From an uncultured Bacteroidota bacterium (lineage in GTDB: Bacteria > Bacteroidota > Bacteroidia > Flavobacteriales > Flavobacteriaceae), in NCBI GenBank assembly GCA_902514615.1, contig CABXRG010000001.1:13834-77833 (forward strand): DNA of 64,000 nt, written 5' to 3'. A program made the position numbers and the translations under genes. Position 1 is the stretch's first letter. Every line of letters begins with the position of its first letter. Shown here one piece after another: positions 50,028 through 60,667 of this stretch. The notes under the pieces are model-generated. The model saw nothing but the letters and a program-made list of their open reading frames with translations. It made no database searches and had not been told where the DNA came from.

Positions 50028-50740
50028 TTATCATACTTTATGTTATGATAAACATTTTGAACATCTTCATCTTCATCAATCATATTTATTAACTTCTCTA
50101 CTATAATTATTTCTTCTTCATTAAGTTTTTTTAAAGTGATTGCCTCCCTTTCAAAGTCACTTGAGATAATTTCAAAGCTTCTTATTTCTAATTCTTTTTG
50201 AATTGATCCAAAATTTTCAAATTTTGCAGTGATACTTATCTCGTTACCTGATTTACTAACATCTATTGCTCCAAAATCAATTAATTCAAATTCAAGCTCT
50301 TCTATATCTAAACCTTCATCTTTTATTTGAAAAAAACATAAATGGTTAAATAAGAATTCAACTGATCCGGATGTAGCAAGATTTCCATCACATTTGTTGA
50401 AATAGCTTCTAATATTAGCTACAGTTCTATTATTATTATCTGTAGCTGCTTCAACAAGAATAGCAATACCATGAGGAGCATAACCTTCTAATAAAACTTC
50501 TTTAAAATCTTCAGTACTTTTCTCAGATGCTTTTTTTATTGCTCTCTCAATATTATCCTTTGGCATATTAGCTGCCTTAGCATTTTGAATTATTGCTCTT
50601 AATTTTGAATTTGATGAAGGATCCGGGCCTGAATCTTTTACAGCTATTATAATCTCCCTTCCAATTCTAGTGAATGTTTTAGCCATATTAGACCATCTTT
50701 TCATTTTTCTGGCTTTTCTAAATTCAAATGCTCTTCCCAT
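50024..50740 (-). CDS. yebC: YebC/PmpR family DNA-binding transcriptional regulator
   Basis: 238 aa. N-terminal MGRAFEFRKARKMKRW... and the SGPDPSSNSKLR block are typical of the family. Confidence 0.92.
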   Translation of the reverse strand: MGRAFEFRKARKMKRWSNMAKTFTRIGREIIIAVKDSGPDPSSNSKLRAIIQNAKAANMPKDNIERAIKKASEKSTEDFKEVLLEGYAPHGIAILVEAATDNNNRTVANIRSYFNKCDGNLATSGSVEFLFNHLCFFQIKDEGLDIEELEFELIDFGAIDVSKSGNEISITAKFENFGSIQKELEIRSFEIISSDFEREAITLKKLNEEEIIIVEKLINMIDEDEDVQNVYHNIKYDN

Positions 50741-50742
50741 AA

Positions 50743-51816
50743 TTAAATAAATGGTGTTTTTACAATTTCAGCTTCAATAAGATTTTTTCTTATTTTGATA
50801 TAGATTAAATCATCTTTTAGATTTGAGGACTTAATATGTGCAAGACCAATTCCTTTAGAAAGAACTGGCGAAAAGGTACCAGATGAGACATGTCCAATGT
50901 ATTCGTTCGATTTACTATATATCTCATATCCATTTCTTGGAATTGACTTTTCTTTTAATTTGAAACCAACTAACTTTTTATCACATCCAGATACAATCTG
51001 TTTATTAATAATTTCACTACCTATGAAATTAGTATCAATTTTAGTTATCCATCTAAGATTAGCTTCCTCTGGAGAAACATCTTCATTAATATCATTTCCA
51101 TACAAACAATAACCCATTTCAATTCTTAAAGTGTCCCTTGCTGCTAAACCTATAGGTTTTAAATTATAATCTTTGATATTGAATAAAGCATCCCATATGT
51201 TAACAGTTTTATCATTAGGGATGTAAAGCTCAAATCCTCCAGAACCAGTATATCCAGTTTTGGAAATAATAATATTTTCAAATCCAGCAAAAGAAGAAAT
51301 AGTGAATGAATAATTAGACATTAACGAAAGACTCTCATTGGTAAGTTTTTGACATAATTCCTGAGCTTTTGGACCTTGAATGGCTAAAAGTGAAATTTCA
51401 TCTGATAAATTAGTCACTGAACATTTATACTCTTCGTTTTTTTTGTTTATCCATTCCCAATCTTTAGAAATATTTGAGGCATTTACAACAAGTAGATATT
51501 TTTCTATTTCAATTCTATACACAATAAGATCATCTATAATCCCCCCTAATTCATTTGTCAAACAATTATATTGAGCTTTTCCCACTTTAATTTTTGAAAT
51601 ATCGTTTGAACAAAGGTGTTGAACAAAACTTGATGAATTTGATCCAGAAATTTCAATTTCACCCATATGAGACACATCAAAAATTCCAACATTGTTTCTA
51701 ACATGTAAGTGCTCCTCATTTACAGATGAGTAGCTAATAGGCATCATATATCCTGCAAAGTCTATAATTTTTGCATTTAATTTTTTATGTCTATCAAAAA
51801 GAACTGTTTTTTTCAT
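50743..51816 (-). CDS. gcvT: Glycine cleavage system aminomethyltransferase T
   Basis: 357 aa. KKTVLFDRHKKLNAKIIDFAGYMMPISY and VRNNVGIFDVSHMGE blocks are typical of GcvT. Confidence 0.93.
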   Translation of the reverse strand: MKKTVLFDRHKKLNAKIIDFAGYMMPISYSSVNEEHLHVRNNVGIFDVSHMGEIEISGSNSSSFVQHLCSNDISKIKVGKAQYNCLTNELGGIIDDLIVYRIEIEKYLLVVNASNISKDWEWINKKNEEYKCSVTNLSDEISLLAIQGPKAQELCQKLTNESLSLMSNYSFTISSFAGFENIIISKTGYTGSGGFELYIPNDKTVNIWDALFNIKDYNLKPIGLAARDTLRIEMGYCLYGNDINEDVSPEEANLRWITKIDTNFIGSEIINKQIVSGCDKKLVGFKLKEKSIPRNGYEIYSKSNEYIGHVSSGTFSPVLSKGIGLAHIKSSNLKDDLIYIKIRKNLIEAEIVKTPFI

Positions 51817-51841
51817 TAATTTGAACTATAAATATATTTTA

Positions 51842-53275
51842 ATGAGATTCAAAAATACTCTTTTTTTATTATTGTTTTTTTTGCTTTCTAGTAATATTTC
51901 AGGTCAACAATATACTGATGACTTAGGTGCTGAATTTCATAAAAAGAAAAGACAAGAATTTAGAAATCAAATGCCTCCTAATAGTATTGCATTCTTTTTT
52001 ACTTCTCCAATTATGAAACGTTCAAATGATACTGATTTTATGTATCACCAAGATCCCAATTTTTATTATTTAACAGGTTGGAGAGAACCACATGGTGTGC
52101 TAGTTATATACAAGGACAAACAACAAGATGAAGCTGGCTTGTATAATGAAATACTTTTTGTTAGAGAGAGAAATGAATACAGGGAGATGTGGGATGGAAA
52201 ACGGCTTGGTTTAAAAGGTGCTGAGAATATGAGTTTCGATAGAGTTTTGCTTAGATCAAGTTTTGATGAAAATTCTATTAATATTAAGAACTTTTCAAAT
52301 GTCTTAAACATGGATATTAGAGATGATGTGAGAGACTTTAAAGATGATAAATATGATTTATATAATATTCAAAATAAGTTTTTAGAAATTATTAGTGCTA
52401 AAGAAATTTCAGAAAATTTAGGTGATCAAAAAAAAGAATTTAAAAATACTTCTATCAATAATATAATGTCTAATCTTAGACAAACAAAAGATTCATTAGA
52501 AATTAAACTTTTAACTAAAGCTGTAAAAATATCATCATTAGCTCAAATTGAAGTTATGAAAGCTATTCACGGTGAAATGACCGAAAGAGAGATTCAGGGT
52601 ATCCATGAATTTATATATAGGAAGTATGGTGCCGCACATGAAGGCTATAACTCAATTGTAGGTGCTGGTGCTAATTCATGTATTTTACATTATATAACTA
52701 ATGATGCTGTAGATATCGATAACCAACTTATTTTAATGGATTTAGGTGCTGAATATAGAGGGTACACAGCAGATGTAACAAGAACAATTCCTGTTAATGG
52801 AAAATTTTCAGAGGAACAAAAAGAAATTTATGATATAGTTTATGAATCTCAAGAAGAAGCTATTAAAAAAGCCGTTATTGGTAATACATTTAATGATATT
52901 TATATTGAGAGTTTTAAAATAATTTCCAGTGGATTGATGAAATTGGGTATTATTGATAATATCGAAGAGGCAAGGAAGTATTACCCTCATGGAGTTTCGC
53001 ATCATATAGGTTTAGATGTTCATGATCCTGGATCTAGAACACTTAAAAAAAACATGATTATTACTGTTGAGCCAGGTATTTATATTCCTGAGAATAGTGA
53101 TTGTGATCCTAAATGGTGGAATATAGGAGTAAGAATTGAGGACGATATATTGATTACTGAATCTAATCCTATAAATCTATCAGCTGATGCTCCCAGGTTA
53201 TCTACTGAAATTGAAATACTCATGAAGCAAGAAAGTATAATAAATCAATTAGACCTTCCAGATATTGATAATTAA
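51842..53275 (+). CDS. pepP: Xaa-Pro aminopeptidase (M24B) with signal peptide
   Basis: Start at the ATG at 51842 (MRFKNTLFLLLFFLLSSNISGQ). AMP_N domain followed by M24 metal-ligand contexts DLGAEYRGYTADVTRT, HGVSHHIGLDVHD, VEPGIY and VRIEDD. Confidence 0.88.
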   Translation: MRFKNTLFLLLFFLLSSNISGQQYTDDLGAEFHKKKRQEFRNQMPPNSIAFFFTSPIMKRSNDTDFMYHQDPNFYYLTGWREPHGVLVIYKDKQQDEAGLYNEILFVRERNEYREMWDGKRLGLKGAENMSFDRVLLRSSFDENSINIKNFSNVLNMDIRDDVRDFKDDKYDLYNIQNKFLEIISAKEISENLGDQKKEFKNTSINNIMSNLRQTKDSLEIKLLTKAVKISSLAQIEVMKAIHGEMTEREIQGIHEFIYRKYGAAHEGYNSIVGAGANSCILHYITNDAVDIDNQLILMDLGAEYRGYTADVTRTIPVNGKFSEEQKEIYDIVYESQEEAIKKAVIGNTFNDIYIESFKIISSGLMKLGIIDNIEEARKYYPHGVSHHIGLDVHDPGSRTLKKNMIITVEPGIYIPENSDCDPKWWNIGVRIEDDILITESNPINLSADAPRLSTEIEILMKQESIINQLDLPDIDN

Positions 53276-54573
53276 TTTCTATCGAGTAATATCTCTTTAA
53301 GTTCAGAGTAGGTTTGAATAGACTTTGATTTCTTTTCTTTTTTTAAAATTGATTGAATTGAACTTGGAAATTTTATTTTTGAGTTAATAGTTTCCTCAAC
53401 TACATTCTTGAATTTTATTGAATGTGCTGTTGATATAAAAATTCCATTAATATCATTTTCAGTTTGATCTATATATTCTTTTAGTCCTAGATAACCAATT
53501 GCAGAGTGAGGATCTGAAAGGTATTGCCTCGAATTATAAAGCATTTTAATGGTATCTTTAGTTCTCCTGTCATCAAAGCTATAACCTGATATATTTTTTC
53601 TTATTTTTTGTAAATCATTATTATATATCTTTTGAATCCTTATAAAATTACTAGGATTAGAAACATCCATTGCGTTAGAGATTGTAGGTTTCGTATTGTA
53701 AGGCTCAAAAATACCATCCTTAATATATCTTGGAATAGTGTCATTTATATTTGTAGATGCTATAAAATGTTCAATTGGTAATCCCATCGATTTTCCTAAA
53801 ACTCCTGCACAAATATTTCCAAAATTACCACTAGGTACAGAAAACACATTCTTTTTATTGTTTTTGATTCGTTTAAATGCTAAAAAATAATAAAACATTT
53901 GAGGAAGCCATCTAGCAACATTTATCGAATTTGCTGATGTTAAAGCTATCTTTCTATTAATTTCTTCATCATTAAACGCTCTTTTAACCATTGATTGGCA
54001 CAAATCAAAATCTCCTTCAACCTCAATAGCATTAACATATGAGCCATTTGTAGTTATCTGTTTCTCTTGTACCTCACTAATTTTTCCTTTTGGGTACAAT
54101 ACACATACATCTATATCCTTTGTTTTGGAAAATCCTTTAGCTACAGCACCCCCAGTATCTCCAGATGTAGCAACTAGGACAGTGATTTTTTTTGAAGTAT
54201 AACTATCTTTAAAATGATCTAAACATGAAGCCATAAATTTAGCACCTATATCTTTAAACGCCAGTGTTGGACCATGAAATAGTTCAAGAGAATAAATTGA
54301 TTTTTCTATCTTTTTTAGGGGAATTTTAAAAGACACTGTATTTTTTATAATTTCTAACAATTTATCTTTTTGAATTTCATCACCAATATATTTATTGATT
54401 ACTTCGTAACAAATTTCAATATCATCAAGACTTTTTATTGATTCAATAAAACTTTTAGGAAGCCTGATCTCAGTTTTAGGAAAATATAAACCTTTATCTG
54501 GAGCCAATCCATTAATAACTGCCTTCTTAAACGAAGTTGGAGCAGAGTTGTGGTTTAAGCTTATATATTTCAA
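53272..54573 (-). CDS. thrC: Threonine synthase
   Basis: 433 aa. PLP-lysine context FHGPTLAFKD. The TTG start is embedded in a TTGA overlap with the thrB stop. Confidence 0.93.
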   Translation of the reverse strand: MKYISLNHNSAPTSFKKAVINGLAPDKGLYFPKTEIRLPKSFIESIKSLDDIEICYEVINKYIGDEIQKDKLLEIIKNTVSFKIPLKKIEKSIYSLELFHGPTLAFKDIGAKFMASCLDHFKDSYTSKKITVLVATSGDTGGAVAKGFSKTKDIDVCVLYPKGKISEVQEKQITTNGSYVNAIEVEGDFDLCQSMVKRAFNDEEINRKIALTSANSINVARWLPQMFYYFLAFKRIKNNKKNVFSVPSGNFGNICAGVLGKSMGLPIEHFIASTNINDTIPRYIKDGIFEPYNTKPTISNAMDVSNPSNFIRIQKIYNNDLQKIRKNISGYSFDDRRTKDTIKMLYNSRQYLSDPHSAIGYLGLKEYIDQTENDINGIFISTAHSIKFKNVVEETINSKIKFPSSIQSILKKEKKSKSIQTYSELKEILLDRN

Positions 54574-55499
54574 TTTGATTCAATTATTTTAATCCCTGTT
54601 GAATTGACTTTAGAGATAAATCCATCATAACTAATATTTAGCTTTTCATAATGATTAGTTACACTTTTTAAAATTTTTTCCGAAACAGTAGAATTATTTG
54701 ATAATGAGAAAATCGAAGGTCCAGAACCTGAAATTCCAACAGCTATAGCTCCATCTTCTTTAGATATTTCTTTGATTTTATCAAATTCTGGTATTAAAAT
54801 TCTTCTGTTAGGTTCTACTATAACATCTACAACCGATTTGGACATCAAACCATAGTCTTCTGTATACAAACTACTAACAAATGAACCTAAGTTAGCAGAC
54901 TGTTGAACCATTTTCTCAATTTTAATTTTATTTTTTACAACTTTTCTTGAATCTGAAGTTTTAATTTCAATATTAGGTCTAATTATTATTACCTCTAAGC
55001 TTTTTGGAGATGGAAGTTTTATAACATCAATTTCATCAATTGATCTAACTAAAGTTATCCCACCTAATATAATGGGGGCAACATTATCTGCATGGTATGT
55101 GCCACTTACAAACTTTTCACCTTCCATAGAAAACTTAATCAAATCCATTTGGCTAAAAGGTGAATCTAATAGTTGGTTGATTGCAAATACTGTTCCAGCT
55201 GAACTAGCAGCAGAGCTTCCAATCCCACTTCCTGGTTTGATACCCTTTTTTATTTCAATTTCAAAGCCAAATTTAGTTTTAGTGTTTTTTAGTAATGCTT
55301 GAGCGGCTATTCCAGCAACATTTTTATTAATGTCTTCAGAAATGTTATAATCATCATTAGAATTAATGATTATTTCTTTTTTATCAATCTTTTTAACAGT
55401 AATTTCATCACCTCTATTTTGAAGACAAACACCTAAAATATCATACCCACAAGATAAATTAGTAATACTGCCAGGTGAAAATACTTTAATACTATCCAT
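54570..55499 (-). CDS. thrB: Homoserine kinase
   Basis: 309 aa. GHMP-kinase motif KPGSGIGSSAAS. ATG start, overlapping the thrA stop by 8 nt. Confidence 0.9.
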   Translation of the reverse strand: MDSIKVFSPGSITNLSCGYDILGVCLQNRGDEITVKKIDKKEIIINSNDDYNISEDINKNVAGIAAQALLKNTKTKFGFEIEIKKGIKPGSGIGSSAASSAGTVFAINQLLDSPFSQMDLIKFSMEGEKFVSGTYHADNVAPIILGGITLVRSIDEIDVIKLPSPKSLEVIIIRPNIEIKTSDSRKVVKNKIKIEKMVQQSANLGSFVSSLYTEDYGLMSKSVVDVIVEPNRRILIPEFDKIKEISKEDGAIAVGISGSGPSIFSLSNNSTVSEKILKSVTNHYEKLNISYDGFISKVNSTGIKIIESN

Positions 55500-57936
55500 T
55501 CTCTTGACTGGCTTTAATTATATCAGCAAAAACACCTGATGCAGTAAATTCTCCTCCTGCACCAGCACCTTTAACAACTAAAGGTGAGTTTTTGTATCTC
55601 TCAGTATAAAAAACAGTAATATTATCGCTTCCTACTAAGTTATAAAAAGGATGTTCACTATTTACTGCTTCAAGTCCAATGCTAGCTTTTCCTTTTTCAA
55701 GTTTAGCAACAAACTTTAATCTTGAGTTATTTTCTTTAGCGTTAATTAAAATATCATTGAAATGATCATTATTTTTCTCTAATCCTGATAAAAACTCTTC
55801 TTTAGATTTTGCATTTACAGATTCGTTTGGTAAAAAATGATTTTTACTAACATCTTCAATTTCAAGTTCATAGCCACTTTCTCTAGCTAAAATTAATATT
55901 TTTCTAGATACATCAATACCGCATAAGTCTATTTTAGGATCTGGTTCTGTATACCCAAGATCTACTGCTTTTCTTACTATCTCATGAAATGTATTAATCT
56001 CCTGAAAATTATTGAATATATAATTTAAAGTCCCAGAAAGAACTGCTTCAATTTTCATTATTTTATCACCAGAATTTATAAGATTTTTTAACGTACTTAT
56101 AACAGGTAGTGCAGCACCAACATTCGTTTCATATAAAAAAGGAGCATTATTATCTCTGGATAATGATTTTAGTTCTGTATACTTAGAAAAGGTCCCTGAA
56201 TTACCTATTTTGTTACAAGTAATAATTCCTATTCCATTTTTTAAATATTTGTTATAAGTTTCTGGTATTGAGTCGCTAGCAGTATTATCAACAAATAAAC
56301 TATTTCTCATATTTAATTCTAAAATTTTTTCTTGAAAAATTTTGCTATCAGCGACTTTCTTCGAATTATTTAATAAGTTTTTCCAGTTTTCAAGATCAAT
56401 TTCAGAATCTGATAGAATCATTTTCCTAGAATTAGATATACCAAATACTTTTAAATTTAATTTAAGGTTTTGAGCAATAAATTTTTTCTGATTTTTAATT
56501 TGCTCAATTAGAAATCCACCAACATTTCCTACTCCAGTTATAAAAACATGTACATCTTTGAGGTTTTCTTCAAAGAATGTTTCATGTAGAGCATTTAGTG
56601 CTTTCTTTGTATTACTCTCGTCAATTATAATTGATATATTTCTTTCTGATGCTCCCTGAGCTATAGCCCTTATGTTTATGTTATTTTGTCCTAGAGAATT
56701 GAATAACTTACCACTAATACCCTTTTTACTTTTCATTTTATCCCCAACTATAGCAATATTCGATAAATTAGATTCTATTTGAGATTCGTTAATTCTTTTC
56801 TGAGATATTTCAAATTCAAATTCTTTATCTATTACTTTTTTTGCTGCTGAGGCGTCATCAGAATTAATAGCAATACAAATTGAAAATTCAGAAGAAGCCT
56901 GAGTAATCATAACAACATTTATTTGATTTATTGAAAGTGATTCAAAAAATCTTTTTGAAAATCCAGGAACTCCAACCATACCAGAACCCTCAAAATTTAG
57001 TATAGAAATATTTTCTATATGACTAATTCCTTTGACTATTTCATCTCCATCAAGTTTAGTTGAATTAGATATGCAGGTACCAGCAGCTTCTGGTTCAAAT
57101 GTATTTTTAATATAAACAGGTATGTTATCTTCAATTAGAGGTTGAAGAGTAGGAAAATAAATAACTTTTGCGCCAAAAAAAGAAAGCTCCATGGCTTCTT
57201 TATATGACAGAAATTCAATTGGAGATGCATTCTTAACAATTCTGGGATTTGCACTATAGACCCCACTAACATCAGTCCAAATCTCGAGAGTTTTGGCATT
57301 ACTATACTTTGCAAAAATAGCTGCGCTATAATCAGATCCACCTCTTCCCAAATTCGAAATTTCATTTTTTTCATTAGAGCAAATATACCCTGGAGCAATA
57401 ATTAACTTAGATTTGATTAGATCTAATTTATTTTTAATACTTATGGATGTTTTATCACTATCTAAAACTTCATTATTATTAAATTCTTTACTATAAATAA
57501 CTGCTTTAGAATCTATAATAGAAATATCAAAGTTTTTTTGTTTTAAAATCTCAAAAATTATTTGACTTGAAAGTATTTCACCAAGTGTTAAGACTTTTGA
57601 AATAGCTTTTTGAGTTACTTCGTCTATTGTAGAGATTGCATCTAGAATATCTTCAAGTTCATTCAGCTTTTCTTTAACAAAGCTTTTTAACGAACTTTGA
57701 CCGATTAAACTAGAAAGATTTTCAATTACTTCTAAATGTTTATTTTCAATCTCAAGGAGAACACTTTCTGTTGATTTTCCTTTCAAATGAAGGCATTTTT
57801 GAAGAAGGTTTGTAACACCACTAAATGCTGATACAACAATAATTAAGTTATCATCATTATTTTTTAAAATGGAAACTACCTTTGATATAGATTTTGAATC
57901 AGCGACTGAAGTGCCACCGAACTTTAAGACTTTCAA
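55492..57936 (-). CDS. thrA: Bifunctional aspartokinase / homoserine dehydrogenase
   Basis: 814 aa. Aspartokinase N-terminus (M)KVLKFGGTSVADS, ACT repeats and a C-terminal homoserine dehydrogenase (VFITGVGNVGG). The TTG start lies in a TTGA overlap with the clpC stop. Confidence 0.95.
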   Translation of the reverse strand: MKVLKFGGTSVADSKSISKVVSILKNNDDNLIIVVSAFSGVTNLLQKCLHLKGKSTESVLLEIENKHLEVIENLSSLIGQSSLKSFVKEKLNELEDILDAISTIDEVTQKAISKVLTLGEILSSQIIFEILKQKNFDISIIDSKAVIYSKEFNNNEVLDSDKTSISIKNKLDLIKSKLIIAPGYICSNEKNEISNLGRGGSDYSAAIFAKYSNAKTLEIWTDVSGVYSANPRIVKNASPIEFLSYKEAMELSFFGAKVIYFPTLQPLIEDNIPVYIKNTFEPEAAGTCISNSTKLDGDEIVKGISHIENISILNFEGSGMVGVPGFSKRFFESLSINQINVVMITQASSEFSICIAINSDDASAAKKVIDKEFEFEISQKRINESQIESNLSNIAIVGDKMKSKKGISGKLFNSLGQNNINIRAIAQGASERNISIIIDESNTKKALNALHETFFEENLKDVHVFITGVGNVGGFLIEQIKNQKKFIAQNLKLNLKVFGISNSRKMILSDSEIDLENWKNLLNNSKKVADSKIFQEKILELNMRNSLFVDNTASDSIPETYNKYLKNGIGIITCNKIGNSGTFSKYTELKSLSRDNNAPFLYETNVGAALPVISTLKNLINSGDKIMKIEAVLSGTLNYIFNNFQEINTFHEIVRKAVDLGYTEPDPKIDLCGIDVSRKILILARESGYELEIEDVSKNHFLPNESVNAKSKEEFLSGLEKNNDHFNDILINAKENNSRLKFVAKLEKGKASIGLEAVNSEHPFYNLVGSDNITVFYTERYKNSPLVVKGAGAGGEFTASGVFADIIKASQENG

Positions 57937-60485
57937 GAAGCTGTTTCTTTTTTATTGATTAATAATATCAAATTATCAAGATCAGGCTTGTGATCTACGT
58001 ATAATTTGTCTCCTGGTTTTATTTTATCTGACACTAAGTTTTCTGCAATCAAGTCTTCAATATACTTTTGAATCATTCTGTTAAGTGGTCTAGCACCATT
58101 TTTTTTATCAAAACCTTTATCACAAATAAATGATTTAGCTTTTTGTGAAATTGATAATTCATATCCAATATTACTAACCCTTTTCTTTAACTTGTTGATT
58201 TCTATAGTAACAATTTTATTAATCTCCTTAATTGAGAGTGAATTAAATATTATGCAATCATCAATTCTATTCAAAAATTCTGGAGCAAATGTATTTTTAA
58301 GCGCTCTCTGAATAACTTTCTGTTCAGTTTGAGAAGTTTGATCAACAGATGATTTAGTTTCAAAACCAACACCGATTCCAAAATCATTAATTTGTTTTAC
58401 ACCAATATTAGATGTCATTATTATAATAGTGTTTTGAAAATTAATTTTTCTACCAACACTGTCTGTTAAGAATCCATCATCAAGAATTTGAAGAAGCATG
58501 CTATATATATCAGGATGTCCTTTCTCTATCTCATCAAAAAGGACTACTGAGTAAGGTCTACGTTTGACTTTTTCCGTCAATTGACCACCTTCTTCATATC
58601 CAACATAACCAGGAGGCGCACCAATTAACCTAGACACAGAAAATTTTTCCATGTACTCACTCATATCAATTCTAATCAAATTTTCTTCTGATTCAAATAT
58701 TTCTGATGCTAAAACTTTTGCTAATTGTGTTTTTCCCACACCAGTTTGTCCGAGAAATATAAATGATCCAATAGGTCGGTTAGGAGAATTTAAACCTGCT
58801 CTATTTCTTTGTATTGATTTTACAACTTTAGAAACAGCTTCATCTTGTCCGATAATTTTGTCCTTTATTATTTTTTCAAGTTTAAATAACTTGTTTTTTT
58901 CAGTTGAAACAATTTTATTCACAGGAATGTTTGTCATCATGGATACAACATCAGCTATTTCATTTTCATCAACTGTAACTCTATTAAGTTTAGAATCTTC
59001 ATGCCACCTGTTTTGAGCTTCAACTAATTTTTTTTCAACTCTTTTTTCATCATCACGTAGTTTTGCTGCTTCTTCATATTTTTGTTTTTTTACAACAGAA
59101 TTTTTTAGTTCTCTGACATCTTCAAGCTGTTTCTCCATGAGAATAACTTCTTCTGGCACATCCATATTGTTAATGTGAGCACGTGATCCTGCTTCATCTA
59201 ATGCATCAATTGCTTTATCCGGAAGGAACCTGTCGGTAATATATCTTTGGCTAAGCTCAACACATGCAATCAGTGCTTCATCTGTGTAATTAACATTGTG
59301 ATGAGATTCATATTTATCTTTAATATTTCTTAGAATTTCAATAGTTTCTTCTTTATTTGTTTCCTCGACAAGAATTTTTTGAAATCTTCTTTCAAGCGCA
59401 CCATCCTTTTCAATATGTTGACTGTACTCATTTAATGTAGTAGCTCCTATACATTGTATTTCACCTCTGGCTAATGCAGGTTTAAACATATTAGATGCAT
59501 CTAAGCTTCCTGTAGCTCCTCCAGCTCCCACAATTGTATGAATTTCATCTATAAATAAAATTATATTTCTATTCTTTTCAAGCTCGTTCATAACAGCTTT
59601 CATTCTCTCCTCAAATTGTCCTCTATACTTTGTGCCTGCAACCAAACTAGCAAGATCAAGAGTTATAACTCTTTTGCCATATAAAATTCTTGATACTTTT
59701 TTTTGAATTATTCTTAGAGCCAAGCCTTCTGCAATGGCGGATTTTCCAACACCCGGTTCTCCAATTAAAAGTGGATTATTCTTTTTTCTTCTGCTTAAAA
59801 TTTGAGATACTCTTTGAATTTCTTTTTCTCTGCCTATAACAGGATCTAGTTTGTTTGATTCAGCTAGTGCAGTCATGTCTCTTCCAAAATTATCTAAAAC
59901 AGGAGTTTTAGTTTTTGAAGTTGATTTTGATTTTTGTTTAGATGTAAATGGATTTTTCGAAGATTCTTCTGAGTCATCTTTTTCATCTGGAAAAGCTGCA
60001 GAAGTCGGATATTCAATAATATCATCAGATCCAGTTTCATTAATCATTGATTTGAATTTCTCTTTCACGTTGTCATAGCTAATATCCATTTTAGATAACA
60101 CCTTAGTGATAGGATCATTATCATTTCTTAAAATACATAAGAGCAAGTGAGCAGTATTTATGTTAGTACTTTGAAAAAGTTTCGCTTCTAAAAAAGTCGT
60201 TTTAAGTGCTCTTTCTGCTTGTCTAGTTAGATGTAAATTTTTCTTTTCATTTAACCCAATAGATGAGCTATCAATAATTGCTGGGTTTAAAAGTTCAACT
60301 TTCTTTCTAAGTTCATCAAGATTTATTTCAATGGAATTTAAGATTGATATAGCTTTTCCACCACCATCCCTTAACATTCCGAGAAGTAAATGTTCAGTGC
60401 CTATCTGTTTATGACCTAATCTCAAGGCCTCTTCCTTACTGTATGAAATTACATCTTTAACTCTAGAAGAAAAATTATCGTCCAT
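57933..60485 (-). CDS. clpC: ATP-dependent Clp protease ATP-binding subunit (ClpC-type)
   Basis: About 850 aa from the ATG at 60485. Clp_N repeats, two AAA+ modules (GEPGVGKSA and GQTGVGKTQ) and a short UVR-like middle region (KQKYEEAAKLRDDEKR) rather than the long ClpB M-domain. Confidence 0.88.
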   Translation of the reverse strand: MDDNFSSRVKDVISYSKEEALRLGHKQIGTEHLLLGMLRDGGGKAISILNSIEINLDELRKKVELLNPAIIDSSSIGLNEKKNLHLTRQAERALKTTFLEAKLFQSTNINTAHLLLCILRNDNDPITKVLSKMDISYDNVKEKFKSMINETGSDDIIEYPTSAAFPDEKDDSEESSKNPFTSKQKSKSTSKTKTPVLDNFGRDMTALAESNKLDPVIGREKEIQRVSQILSRRKKNNPLLIGEPGVGKSAIAEGLALRIIQKKVSRILYGKRVITLDLASLVAGTKYRGQFEERMKAVMNELEKNRNIILFIDEIHTIVGAGGATGSLDASNMFKPALARGEIQCIGATTLNEYSQHIEKDGALERRFQKILVEETNKEETIEILRNIKDKYESHHNVNYTDEALIACVELSQRYITDRFLPDKAIDALDEAGSRAHINNMDVPEEVILMEKQLEDVRELKNSVVKKQKYEEAAKLRDDEKRVEKKLVEAQNRWHEDSKLNRVTVDENEIADVVSMMTNIPVNKIVSTEKNKLFKLEKIIKDKIIGQDEAVSKVVKSIQRNRAGLNSPNRPIGSFIFLGQTGVGKTQLAKVLASEIFESEENLIRIDMSEYMEKFSVSRLIGAPPGYVGYEEGGQLTEKVKRRPYSVVLFDEIEKGHPDIYSMLLQILDDGFLTDSVGRKINFQNTIIIMTSNIGVKQINDFGIGVGFETKSSVDQTSQTEQKVIQRALKNTFAPEFLNRIDDCIIFNSLSIKEINKIVTIEINKLKKRVSNIGYELSISQKAKSFICDKGFDKKNGARPLNRMIQKYIEDLIAENLVSDKIKPGDKLYVDHKPDLDNLILLINKKETAS

Positions 60486-60667
60486 TATCAATTATTTGTT
60501 GTCTAAAATATACCATTAATATAAATAAACAAAGAAAATGATTATACTAATTACTTATTTTAAGATAAAACTTTTCAATTAATAATGTTAATAAATATTC
60601 TTTTTTTAAGTCAATTTATTTGATGTAAATAACCCCTGATTATTTATTTTAGCATTAATATAAACTT

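Noticed and set aside
60486-60667. The 182-nt clpC/gyrA divergent spacer as a possible host for a small ORF, ncRNA or origin.
   Set aside because: The longest ORF is about 14 codons. There are no GC-containing helices, no DnaA-box-like words and no exact TAnnTTTG. It is most simply two divergent promoter regions.
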